A stretch of DNA of 64,000 nt from positions 643,479 through 707,478 of the forward strand of contig NW_005434662.1 in the NCBI RefSeq assembly GCF_000315625.1, in the 5' to 3' direction. Both the position numbers and the translations under genes were made by a program. The notes beneath the pieces were generated by a model, which was not told the origin of the DNA, did not search any database, and saw only the letters and a list, made by a program, of their open reading frames with translations. This DNA comes from Guillardia theta CCMP2712. Its lineage: Eukaryota; Protista; Cryptophyta. Of this stretch, positions 52,794 to 63,210 are shown piece by piece; the stretch's first letter is position 1; each line of letters opens with the position of its first letter.

Positions 52794-55700
52794 GATGACA
52801 ATATCAACACACCTACAAAAAAGGGGATCAGTACACGATCTTCATGGATCTCGTAAGCGTCCAGCGCAATGGAAATTCAAGTTTTATGAAAATTATGCAC
52901 ACTCAACGGAATGTAGAGTTCAAAAAGCAGCAGGGAATAATAATCTATTGTCTGTTTCGCAATATGATTTCGTCACCTACACTCTCTTTCATCTTTTGCA
53001 AATTACCGTTAAACAAGGTCCAACGTCTAAATCCTAAATCTGCACCGAACAATTCTCAGACTAAGAGAATCCCTTACCCCTTCTCTTTAGGACAATTCCA
53101 ATCTGTTTGCATTATGCTTTCAAAGATTTCTCACGTTCATAATATTTTCTTTTCTCGTCCTTTCCTCATACCACACTACCTCAAACGGCTTTTTCTGGTG
53201 TATTCCATCTACTCTTGTCACATGGATTGCATGCTCATTGATTCTTTTTTCCTTAAGATCATTTCTAATTGCTTCTGCCCTGTCTCTGCAACAAGCTTTG
53301 ACTCGCTTTGTCTCTTTCGATCTGTTATCATCCTTGACCCGGAAACCTGGACAAGTACCTTGAATCCTCCACCTGTCCCATTACGCAGTGGTGCCCCCTC
53401 CTTACTGCTCCATCTGTCCCTTTCCCGCTTTCTATCATTCTACTCGATATAATCGTGCCTTCTCCTCCTCCTCCACTTCTTCCCCTCCCACTCCCCCATC
53501 GCACTCAGCACATCTTTGCTTTCCTGCATTGACCCCTAAACCCTCTCACCAGCACCCTCCAAAACACCCACCCACCTCCCTTGCCCCACCCCTATTTCTG
53601 AATTGCCTTGTCGAGCAGGCCGTGCCGTTACCCACCCAAATTTTCACACACCCCTTCTGTTCCCACAAATAACCCCACCCTTTTCTGCAAGATTGAAGTA
53701 CCCAAACGACCATTCACCCCATTCTTTACTACAGTTTGACTACCCTACCAGGAAATTACGTTGGAACTCACCACCCACCCAGGCTCAAGAGTACCTCTAC
53801 TAATCCTACCAATGTGCCCCTAATGTGATTGTCAAGTAGGGTATATACCCCTACCCCCAATTGAGGAAACAGGCCCTACCCCGTTTCATCAGACGCGATC
53901 GTCAATGGGCTTCAATCGGCAGTACCCCCTTTTGGAGCCATGTTTGCAGGGTTAAGAGACTGACCGGTGCTACCAATCTGTATCCCACCCTATCTCTCAA
54001 CATCCACCCCACCCCATTGAAAACTTGACTACCTACCCTCCATTCTCTACTACCCCCACCGGTCCACATCGCCAACCTTCAGTGTGCTGCGAGTAGGGCT
54101 TGAACCATTTCAAGACTCTGTACCCAGAAATTGACCCACAAATGAGGGGGTGAGGGTGGTACCCCATCCCTCAGCTGCTTTGATAAGGTACCGTTGGAGG
54201 GTCCTCACCGAGAAAAGGTATGGGGTACTTGTACACCGGTACTATGATCTTCTATTGAGAGGGTAGGGGGTATCTTGCAATGGACGGTTACAGGACGCCC
54301 GTTCAAAATTTGATTCCGTTAGTCTGAAACGGCAACTCAGCAGTACGGTTCTTCTTTACTCAAAGTTAAGTTAATCTTTCGGGGACACAGGGCCCCTTGA
54401 GTGGGGCCCAAATCCCCCCAAAGGGCCCTGATTTGAAGACCCTCATACAGCATCTTCCGAAACGGAGAGGGCGCGAAAATGGTGGCATACGAAAGAGGAG
54501 GACGGGCACGTTCCGTTGATGAAAACCGCACAAGAAGAGACCCATCCATTGCTGAGATAAGACAACTTGAAGATGACAAAATCTGGGAAATCGCCGTTTT
54601 GTTATCGAAAAGCATGTGCTGCAAACAATTTATGAAAGTGCTTGCAGGCATGTCGCGCAGTGTGAAACGGTTGTATGAAGGACTAGAATTGAATCATAGG
54701 TACCTAATCGAACTTCAGATAGTGAAAACTGGATCATCAGAGCTATATTCATTGTTTTTTGTGCGATCGAAATCAGCAAATTCACAAAATTTGCTTTTTT
54801 CTGCATATTTTGATGTGGCGTTTGGGGAAGATTTCACGGGGAGCGGTGAAGTCTGGGTTGTTTTGGTATTTCATGGACACCCCTCCAATAGACAGTTGGT
54901 TTGGAGACGGATTGAGCTGCCGTGCCGGAGGAATCTTCGAGTTTGTGCTGTGGAAGGAAATTCACAATTTGCTATGTAGTCCTCGCTAGTTCTGTCATGC
55001 TCATCAAGTAGGCATCTAAAAACGAGTTGAACCTAACGTCAGTGTCATGACGATATCAACCGTCAATGAATGTGGTACTTGGAAGCCTTTGTTTACACAT
55101 GGATAATTCATATTGAGGTGAGAATATGATGCTTTCATGGGCTCGCGAATGTTGGTGTTGATACGAGTGCAGGAATGTTGGAACTGAGGTTTGCCCAGGC
55201 TTTTCATGTAGGAAACTCCAGTTGTTCACTCGGATATTCATTGCTCGACTCATGGAACTCGATTTAGGCATCTGGAACTCAGTTCGTATCTGAAAGAAAG
55301 CTGCTATCACAGCAAACATGGAGATAATACTCCACTTCCACGCTTGAATTTCGAACAGTATTCTTGAAACTTGTGAAGAAACTTGTCAATCCCAATGATG
55401 AACACCTAAAACTATGTCTACCATTGCAGTTTGATGCGTGGAGTAGACTTTCTGTGACAGAGCCGCCGAGTTTGAACGCGGACAGGTGTTTTATTCAGAC
55501 CTCGCGTCAAACTTGGTTGCAGAAGGTGAAAAAGAGGCCCCTTCCAAATCATGCATTTGCGGACGCAATTGATCATGAACCACCAACGCAACCATCTAGA
55601 ATACAAAGGTGATCACCTCTTGTATGATTCTGATTCAGATTTTCTTAAATTCTTTGACGTTCCATGTTGTCACTCTAGCATAATTGCAAGTATGTGTCGA

Positions 55701-56873
55701 AGAGGGGAGGTCAACGAAATAGTTTCGTAATGCAAAATTGAAGCATTTTCCCATTGTCGAGGCTCGTGATGCTTTGCATGTGCTTCCTTGAGATGATTGA
55801 AGATGGTTGCTCTCTGGTTTTGGTTCATAAATGTGGAAACAAAATCATGAACAATGTAAACCGATCCAATGTTGGAAATTCACATTTAGCAGACAATCCC
55901 AACAAAATCATGAGCGAGAAATACAAACAAGGTACAATACGCAAGAGAATGAAAGGAATTGTCAGTCATAGATATAGATTTCGAGATCATAAGGGTTTGA
56001 GCGTTGTGCAGCTTCATGATTCCAGTCTATTCACACTGACATTCGGTCTGAATTCGTTGTGTCAGGAATTTACAAGCAGAAAAACTGTATAAAAAGTCCA
56101 TTTGTCGTTGTGTAATAAGCCTACACTCAACTATCTCTGACTTGGACAGGTTCAACAGAGTGTAAAACATCGGTTCAGGTGGGGATTAGTGCACTTGAAT
56201 GATCTTTCATCGCATTCAGAATGTAGAGAAGAAAATGCAGTACGAATCGACAATGATTACCGATGACAAAAAGAACTGTTGAATCAGTTTGATGAACTTC
56301 GACATGCTTGCAATATATTCATAATATGAAAATGCAATCGAATGAAGTGTTCAACACACTCAACATGCTTCCATTGCCATCTTTGGGTTTAGGGTTCATG
56401 AGTTTGGCGAGGCGACCAAATCACATTTTCATATTACAACATGATGAATAACTCATGATGTTACAACTTTCTCGTGAGTCATATACTTTTAGAATGATCT
56501 TGGTTGTGATTCAAGTGCAAGAAACATGTTAAAATATCAAGCTACATCCTCATCATCAGCTTTCCTGCGACTACCGCGCGCCATTGTTCGGCAGTAAATA
56601 GACCCCCACCACATCTCCAAATACCCCTACCCTATACTTTGACTGCTTTGTGCTTTGAAGCAACCGGGACAAATCAAAAAGCGATGGACCCCTACCCTAT
56701 TAATTTCCCTAACCCTAAGAAAACTTGCCGAAAATCAAGAAAACGGCAAAAATCAAGGTCTGCAATTTGTGTCCCCGAAAGATTAAAAGCCTCGGCGGGC
56801 CTGTCGGAAGAAGGACTGCCGCAGTCACCGCCGGCCGCGACTGCCGCAGTGCTGGGGCCGACGCCGGGGCCGC

Positions 56874-56963
56874 GGGCGGGAGCCGAAGCGCGGCGACTCG
56901 ATGAAGTCGAGGCAAGAGCACCAGGAGATCCTCCGGCACGACGGGGTCCAAGGGCGAGTCCGG
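56874..56963 (-). pseudogene. Relic fragment of the RWP-RK gene A/C N-terminal coding region, internally deleted
   Basis: 56874-56896 matches 59152-59174; 56914-56963 matches 59316-59365 with 2 mismatches (PDSPLDPVVPEDLLVL). Confidence 0.85.
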
Positions 56964-57039
56964 CATGACTTTCGCCAACTTGCAATTTGCTGCTCCGGGC
57001 CTGCGCGGTTGGGGTTGAGGCTCATGACTCAGTGAAATA

Positions 57040-57603
57040 CTGGTCGCGATTTTTGACGGTCATTTCCAGCCCACGTGCCGACAGGGGGAGGAGGGGGGGG
57101 CTAACTGGAACTTGACGCTCCAGGACAGGCAGACGTTTGCCGGGAAGGCGAGGCTGCACGGGGTGAAGTATCAGGCTTGCGTCTTCCCCAATGGGATGTG
57201 CTGCGTGTGGGGGCCTTGGAGGGGTCTGAACACGATGCAACAACGTTTTCACGGTCTGGCGTTCTTGACACTTTGCGGGAGGTGTCAGCGGAGGAGGGGA
57301 TGGACTTCTGCGGCTTTGGGGATCCTTCACCGCTTCATGCAGCGCATCTTGAAGGCTCCAGGAGAAGGGGAGCTCACGCGCCTGCAGAGGAGGTACAACG
57401 CCCTCAGATTAACGCCCTCATGGGGCGTTAATCTGCGTTTGGGGAGCCAGCGGGTTGGGAAGCTCTTTCCTCTGGCGAAGTTCCACTTCAACCTCCACAC
57501 TCTGCTTTACGGGAACCAGACAACTGTATACTTCGAAGGGGAGCAGATGTTGTTGGGTGTGTCTGTGGAGGATCATATCTCGTTGGCAGATGAGTTTCAA
57601 TAA
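57040..57603 (+). pseudogene. PIF/Harbinger (DDE_Tnp_4/HARBI1-like) transposase remnant, 5'-truncated and frameshifted
   Basis: LVAIFDGHFQPTCRQG (first D at 57055), FAGKARLHGVKYQACVFPNG..WGPWRG, frameshift, SEHDATTF..FCGFGD, frameshift, ..RYNAL.., then NLHTLLYGNQTTVYF. The segment carrying the catalytic E is absent. Confidence 0.8.
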
Positions 57604-57621
57604 AAAACCCTTACTCGCGCG

Positions 57622-58518
57622 CTAGTCGTCCTCCAGCAGCTTCATCAGACCACGTGGGAGGTACACACCCTTCTCCTGGGCAGCCACAAAGGCGTTGATC
57701 GCAGCGGCTACCTCCTTGGTGCGAGCAGCTTGCGCATTCATCTTGGCTGCACGGGCCATCAGGATTTGTGCCTTCCAAAACTGCTCAAGAACTGCTATGT
57801 CATTTGCCAGTGAGGACTCCAGCACATTGCACAGGCGGTCTTGCTGACCGAGCACCAACGCAACACGGTCGCTGGACAGGCTGCGGCTGTTGTGGTTGGG
57901 CCCTTTCCTGTTGGGATGGAGAGCTGGATCCTGCTTGGCGCGCTTCTGCAGACCGCCTGAGGTGCCACGCCCATAGCTGCCTCCCTCTTCCTCCAACCAC
58001 TCCTCAGCCTGTGCAGCGTTGTTATAACCACGGCGTTTAGCTGTGGTCTCCATAGCCTCCAGCAGCCTCTTCCTCGCGTTCTTCTGCATCCCCTCAGCAT
58101 CTCTCTTCTCCCACTCCTTCCTGTCTTTCATCGCCCTCATCCTCCCGGCCAGATCGAGAATGAGCTTGTGCATCTCTGAGAGTTCCCCGTCACCATTCTG
58201 CCACAGCCTCACCCACTTTTCCTCCCCTCCGTTAGCGATTTCCTCAGCTCGTTTCTCAATCTTGCGCCATTTGTCCTTCAAGGTGTTCAACATGAGCTGC
58301 CCTGCAAACATAGGATGCCCGTTGAGCATCTCCTGAACCTGCTTCATCGTCTTCTCCTTCTTCACCTCGTCAAATATGGCTCCATCGTGGAATTGCATGA
58401 CGCATTGTAAGATGATCTCCAGCTTGCGTTGTTCCCCATCCCCCTGAGGTCCTTCAACGTCTGTTCCAACTCGTGGTGGAGCGCCGATGGGGTCTTCAGC
58501 CTCCACAGGTTGCTCCAT
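57622..58518 (-). CDS. Myb/SANT-like (trihelix) DNA-binding protein, Harbinger partner ORF, 298 aa
   Basis: Intronless intact ORF, tail-to-tail with the transposase (18-bp gap). KLEIILQCV..TMKQVQEMLN..LNTLKDKWRKIEKR followed by a charged coiled coil, as in Harbinger second ORFs. Confidence 0.65.
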   Translation of the reverse strand: MEQPVEAEDPIGAPPRVGTDVEGPQGDGEQRKLEIILQCVMQFHDGAIFDEVKKEKTMKQVQEMLNGHPMFAGQLMLNTLKDKWRKIEKRAEEIANGGEEKWVRLWQNGDGELSEMHKLILDLAGRMRAMKDRKEWEKRDAEGMQKNARKRLLEAMETTAKRRGYNNAAQAEEWLEEEGGSYGRGTSGGLQKRAKQDPALHPNRKGPNHNSRSLSSDRVALVLGQQDRLCNVLESSLANDIAVLEQFWKAQILMARAAKMNAQAARTKEVAAAINAFVAAQEKGVYLPRGLMKLLEDD

Positions 58519-58840
58519 GGTAGCTGCGCGCGCGATTGGTGGGGAAAGGGCGAGGGCAGAATTTGAATAATAATAATACCTACAATTGCAATTCACAATA
58601 TAAGAAAAGGCGTGTTCGGTACGCCAATTAGAGGTGGCAACCTGTGATGTGCAAATGTACTGTAAACTCTGCGAGCAAGCTTGCCCCGGGTTGCCTGTCC
58701 TTGAGCTCCACAAGCTCCATCACACCCTCAGCAGCAACAACGTGCCAGCCCTTCATGTTCCACACACTGACGGCGATGATGCTTCATTCAGCTCAAAACA
58801 TGCTTCATTCAATCTTCTCAAGCAGCAAAGGGCCTCTAAG

Positions 58841-59515
58841 TTACAAGTACATGTCTACTCCGCTCCCCTCCGTGTCCGTTGACGACTCTGCCTGGCTGGC
58901 TTGCAGCTGCACGCGTCCCTCCATTCTCCGCCCAGCCTTCTTTCCCTTGGCCCGACCAAACTTGTACGGCCACTTGTCTACTCCCAGCTGCCTGCACACA
59001 AGCTTCATCGTCGACTTGCCGATGCCGATCTTGGCCGCGGCGACCTCGAGGCTCTCGTGGAAGTGGTCGGCGAGGAGCTCGAGGGTGATCTCGACGGGCT
59101 TGTCGGACTGGAAGAAGGACTGTCGCGACTGCACCCGCACCACCGGCGGGCGGGCGGGAGCCGAAGCGCGGCGATGAGGCCGAGGCTTGCCTTGCTCGGG
59201 AGAGCAGAGGCTGAAGCTGTCGTGGGGGTGCTGGAGAGTCTCCTCTGGCATCGCGACGCTACGCTGGCAAGCCATCAGCGACGCTGGCTCGAGCCACGCG
59301 TCCTGGCTCTCCTCGAAGAGCACCAAGAGATCTTCCGGCACGACGGGGTCCAAGGGCGAGTCCGGGAGGGAGGCCGACGAGTCGACCTCGGGGAGCGGGA
59401 GGCAAAAGAAGGCGTCTGAGCAGCTAGGTGACTGATCCATGAGGTGGTCTGCAAAGCAGTCATCGAGCATGGCCTGGAGCTCCAAGGACGAGGGGGTCAA
59501 GTGTAGCCACTGCAT
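58841..59515 (-). CDS. RWP-RK domain transcription factor, copy A (224 aa, intronless)
   Basis: ITLELLADHFHESLEVAAAKIGIGKSTMKLVCRQLGVDKWPYK matches the RWP-RK consensus (L...F..P...AA..LG...T.LK..CR..G..RWP.RK). Confidence 0.9.
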   Translation of the reverse strand: MQWLHLTPSSLELQAMLDDCFADHLMDQSPSCSDAFFCLPLPEVDSSASLPDSPLDPVVPEDLLVLFEESQDAWLEPASLMACQRSVAMPEETLQHPHDSFSLCSPEQGKPRPHRRASAPARPPVVRVQSRQSFFQSDKPVEITLELLADHFHESLEVAAAKIGIGKSTMKLVCRQLGVDKWPYKFGRAKGKKAGRRMEGRVQLQASQAESSTDTEGSGVDMYL

Positions 59516-60080
59516 TGTCTGGAAGGGAGGAAAGCAGGGATCGAGAAAGCGAGGAGGGGGTAGGGACTAGGGGGAGAGGGCTGGGGTGTGCAGGAGGACA
59601 GGTATGGACAGCCAGGAAGGAGCGAGCAGACGGCGGAAGCAGGTAGGCCGTGGCAGGGGGAGCTGGGTGTTTTGTGCCGGCTTGGGCAAGGGTTGATATG
59701 GAGGAGGGGAGCAGGAGCAAAGGGAAGGAGTAGATTACTACAGGAGCCGATCCCTACGAAACGATGCGACCTGGAATGTCCTGGCCCCAAGCGCTGCACT
59801 CTGATGTGCAATGCGCCGGCGCGTTTGTCCGAGCGGGTAGTAAAGGACCCCGATGGAAGCTTCGAGAGCTCGAGGGGGCCGTGGACGGGACGGACGTGTG
59901 CATGCCAGACCGAATACTGACATGGCAGTCTTTTCAAGGCTCAACGATTGGATAGCCGTTGTGCACAGATCCTCTCAAAACGCTGTCCTTTCAGCCTGCT
60001 ACTCTTTACTACGCCCTAGTCTCCATCCTTCTCTCCCTGAGAGGCATCTGGCAGCAAACAACAGCGGCAGGACAGATCGA

Positions 60081-60653
60081 ATGGCTCTCTTCGAGATGTG
60101 TGCAGACGACTGCTACGACCTGATCCTCTCACATCCCTTCCGCCTCCCACTACCTCAAGCCGAGGACCCCGCGTCCGCCCCTGAGAGCTCCACAAGCTTG
60201 CAAGTAGAGGAGGACTCGGCCCTTTCTCAGGATGCTTGGACCCTCGAGTGCTCGGATGTTGAGGGTTTGGGTCCTGCCAGCCTCCCTGGAGACGCAGCGC
60301 TACACGCGACTGGCTGCTACTGCAAGACCCTCAGTCCCTCCCCCGCCGCCGTGCACTCCGAGCTGGATCCTGACCCTCTCAGTGCTCGCGACCGGCGGTC
60401 TTGTCCGCGGTCAAAGATGTGCCCGCCGGTGGTGCGGGTGCAGTCGCGGCAGTCCTTCTTCCAGTCCGACAAGCCCGTCGAGATCACCCTCGAGCTCCTC
60501 GCCGACCACTTCCACGAAAGCCTCGAGGTCGCCGCGGCCAAGATCGGCATCGGCAAGTCGACGATGAAGCTTGTGTGCAGGCAGCTGGGAGTAGACAAGT
60601 GGCCGTACAAGTTTGGACGGGCCAAGCGCAAAGTGAGGCCAAGCGCAAAGTGA
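60081..60653 (+). CDS. RWP-RK domain transcription factor, gene B (190 aa, intronless; C-tail shortened by a 17-bp duplication)
   Basis: Same RWP-RK domain sequence as copy A, with a divergent N-terminus from ATG 60081 (MALFEMCADDC..). The upstream in-frame ATG at 59853 lies within the duplicated promoter block. Confidence 0.88.
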   Translation: MALFEMCADDCYDLILSHPFRLPLPQAEDPASAPESSTSLQVEEDSALSQDAWTLECSDVEGLGPASLPGDAALHATGCYCKTLSPSPAAVHSELDPDPLSARDRRSCPRSKMCPPVVRVQSRQSFFQSDKPVEITLELLADHFHESLEVAAAKIGIGKSTMKLVCRQLGVDKWPYKFGRAKRKVRPSAK

Positions 60654-61152
60654 GGCCAAGCCTTGACGAGGCATCATCGGCGCGCGACTCGAGGAGATCT
60701 CTATCGGGCGAGAGCGTGCAAGGCCGTATGAAAGAATGTAAATAAATGAGCTGTGCAACTAGAGAGTCTTTGGTCGCTTCGCCGGTGCCTTCCATCGCAC
60801 TCAAGGCTCCTACCGCACGCATGCATACCATGGTAGAGATGAAGCCTGCAGGGCCTCAAGAGCCAAACCCCTCACCAGGCCCATGCTCGTGGCACCCTTC
60901 CACTCAACGCCGCCATGACCTTTCTGTCAACTCTGCGAGCAAGCTTGCCCCGGGCCGGGCCGCCTCCTTTGTAGCCAAACAGCTGTCTAGCCGCCAACAA
61001 TCTCGCCTGTCCTTGAGCTCCACCAGCTCCATCACACCCTCAGCAGCATCAAGGTGCCAGCCCTTTCCGTTCCACACACTGACGGCGATGATGCTTCATT
61101 CAGCTCAAAACATGCTTCATTCAATCTTCTCAAGCAGCAAAGGGCCTCTAAG

Positions 61153-61827
61153 TTACAAGTACATGTCTACTCCGCTCCCCTCCGTGTCCGTTGACGACTC
61201 TGCCTGGCTGGCTCGCAGCTGCACGCGTCCCTCCATTCTCCGCCCAGCCTTCTTTCCCTTGGCCCGACCAAACTTGTACGGCCACTTGTCTACTCCCAGC
61301 TGCCTGCACACAAGCTTCATCGTCGACTTGCCGATGCCGATCTTGGCCGCGGCGACCTCGAGGCTCTCGTGGAAGTGGTCGGCGAGGAGCTCGAGGGTGA
61401 TCTCGACGGGCTTGTCGGACTGGAAGAAGGACTGCCGCGACTGCATCCGCACTACGGGCGGGCGGGCGGGAGCCGAAGCGCGGCGATGAGGCCGAGGCTT
61501 GCCTTGCTCGGGAGAGCAGAGGCTGAAGCTGTCGTGGGGGTGCTGGAGAGTCTCCTCTGGCATCGCGACGCTACGCTGGCAAGCCATCAGCGACGCTGGC
61601 TCGAGCCACGCGTCCTGGCTCTCCTCGAAGAGCACCAAGAGATCTTCCGGCACGACGGGGTCCAAGGGCGAGTCCGGGAGGGAGGCCGACGAGTCGACCT
61701 CGGGGAGCGGGAGGCAAAAGAAGGCGTCTGAGCAGCTAGGTGACTGATCCATGAGATGGTCTGCAAAGCAGTCATCGAGCATGGCCTGGAGCTCCAAGGA
61801 CGAGGGGGTCAAGTGTAGCCACTGCAT
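61153..61827 (-). CDS. RWP-RK domain transcription factor, copy C (224 aa)
   Basis: Differs from copy A at only two residues (RVQ/RMQ and LQAS/LRAS). Confidence 0.9.
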   Translation of the reverse strand: MQWLHLTPSSLELQAMLDDCFADHLMDQSPSCSDAFFCLPLPEVDSSASLPDSPLDPVVPEDLLVLFEESQDAWLEPASLMACQRSVAMPEETLQHPHDSFSLCSPEQGKPRPHRRASAPARPPVVRMQSRQSFFQSDKPVEITLELLADHFHESLEVAAAKIGIGKSTMKLVCRQLGVDKWPYKFGRAKGKKAGRRMEGRVQLRASQAESSTDTEGSGVDMYL

Positions 61828-63210
61828 TGTCTGGAAGGGAGGAAAGCAGGGATCGAGAAAGCGAGGAGGGGGTAGGGACTAGGGGGAGAGGGCTGGGGTG
61901 TGCAGGAGGACAGGTATGGACAGCCAGGAAGGAGCGAGCAGACGGCGGAAGCAGGTAGGCCGTGGCAGGGGGAGCTGGGTGTTTTATTCCGGCTTGGGCA
62001 AGGGTTGATATGGAGGAGGGGAGCAGGAGCAAAGGGAAGGAGTAGATTACTACAGGAGCCGATCCCTACGAAAGGAATGTCCTGGCCCCAAGCGCTGCAC
62101 TCTGATGTGCAATGCGCCGGCGCGTTTGTCCGAGCGGGTAGTAAAGGACCGTGATGGAAGCGTCGAGAGCTCGAGGGGGCCGTGGACGGGACGGGCGTGC
62201 CACGGTGTGCATGACTGGCAGGGTCCGTCGTTCCGGTGAGGCCCGGGGATGCTAGTCAAAAGTAGCAGCCTCACGGTCGGCCGGGGCCCGGTCCTCCGGG
62301 GTTTTATAGTCCCGCTAAGGTTCTACTCAAGCCTGCCTCAGATCAGAAAATTTCGGGGAAGTTGGGGATGAGGGCTTTGTCGATCGAAGGCGCGTGCGAT
62401 GGAGCCAAGTAAGAAGTGAAAGCTATGGTGTTGCTGTTGATCTCTTGCAATTTGTTATGAGGAAGCAATGTTTGCGTATGATTTTACCATTATTTCCTGC
62501 TCATCCTGTGATTCTTGATCTTTCATGTTTGGTTGCCTCATGTAAATGTGGCTCTAATTTTTCATTTTGGCATAATCTTATCCCGTCCTCGACCTCATTG
62601 TCTCCACATATGATCCCTGAGTTTGGCTATGATGAAGCAAATACAATCAAAGTTCTTCCCATGCAAAGGGCCGTTGTGCCGATGCTGAGAAAACCATTGT
62701 CATCTTTGCTCTGAGCCGTAGTTTCCCTTTTTCTGGATGTTGCGCTTCAAATCTTTCTGTTTCTCATGTATGATTTTCTACAGGTTGCTTCCATGCATGG
62801 ACCGGATAAGTTGATTTCTTCTTTATGGCTGAATGATGATTTTCAAGAATGCCACCACTCATCATGCGGATAAGCCAGGTCAACAGTGGCTGTAGTGAGC
62901 AATTCACCGTGTCATTTAAAGTAAATCAACGTGTACATATCGATCGATCCTTCCACAAGTGTGTTCCACAAGAAAATGTGTCACACATCAAAGCCGACAA
63001 CGAATGTGTAATGTACATGGTTGTGTGATGCGTGTGTTGTGTTTCATGGTCGAGTTGCCTCCGGGCTTTCATAAAGCGATGATATTCTCACACACGGCGA
63101 CAGATGCTGCATGCGGATCGCAAGCAAATCCACACAATCGTTGTCAATCTCAATCGACATCCTGATCAATAGTTTGTTGACTCTAGCCCTTTCATTCTAC
63201 CCCGATATAT

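Larger units (their letters stand above)
57040..58640. mobile_element. Degenerate PIF/Harbinger DNA transposon (termini not identified)
   Basis: Convergent DDE transposase remnant plus Myb/SANT-like ORF, the two-gene organisation of this superfamily. Confidence 0.7.
58660..62212. repeat. Direct segmental duplication, 58660-59905 and 60924-62212 (offset 2312 over the gene)
   Basis: Near-identical gene, 3' flank and ~390-bp upstream region, with two indels (~48 bp downstream, 11 bp upstream). Confidence 0.95.

Noticed and set aside
54300-56600. AT-rich stretch with short ORFs; a minus-strand hydrophobic piece near 55.9 kb (IPFILLRIVPCLYFSLMILLGL) faintly recalls an ABCG membrane domain
   Set aside because: It is interrupted by stops, with no nucleotide-binding motifs and no consistent exon chain. 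A tBLASTn/BLASTx search would be needed, so it is left unannotated.
56700-56720. Telomere-like CCCTAA doublet
   Set aside because: Only two units; insufficient for an interstitial telomere call.
56980-58660. Terminal inverted repeats and TSD for the Harbinger element
   Set aside because: Only a weak ctaactgg/ccaattag resemblance was found, and the left copy lies inside the transposase coding region.
58519-58713. N-terminal extension of the 363-aa ORF
   Set aside because: It begins at a non-ATG codon in AT-rich and duplicated flank; ATG 58518 is the more plausible start.
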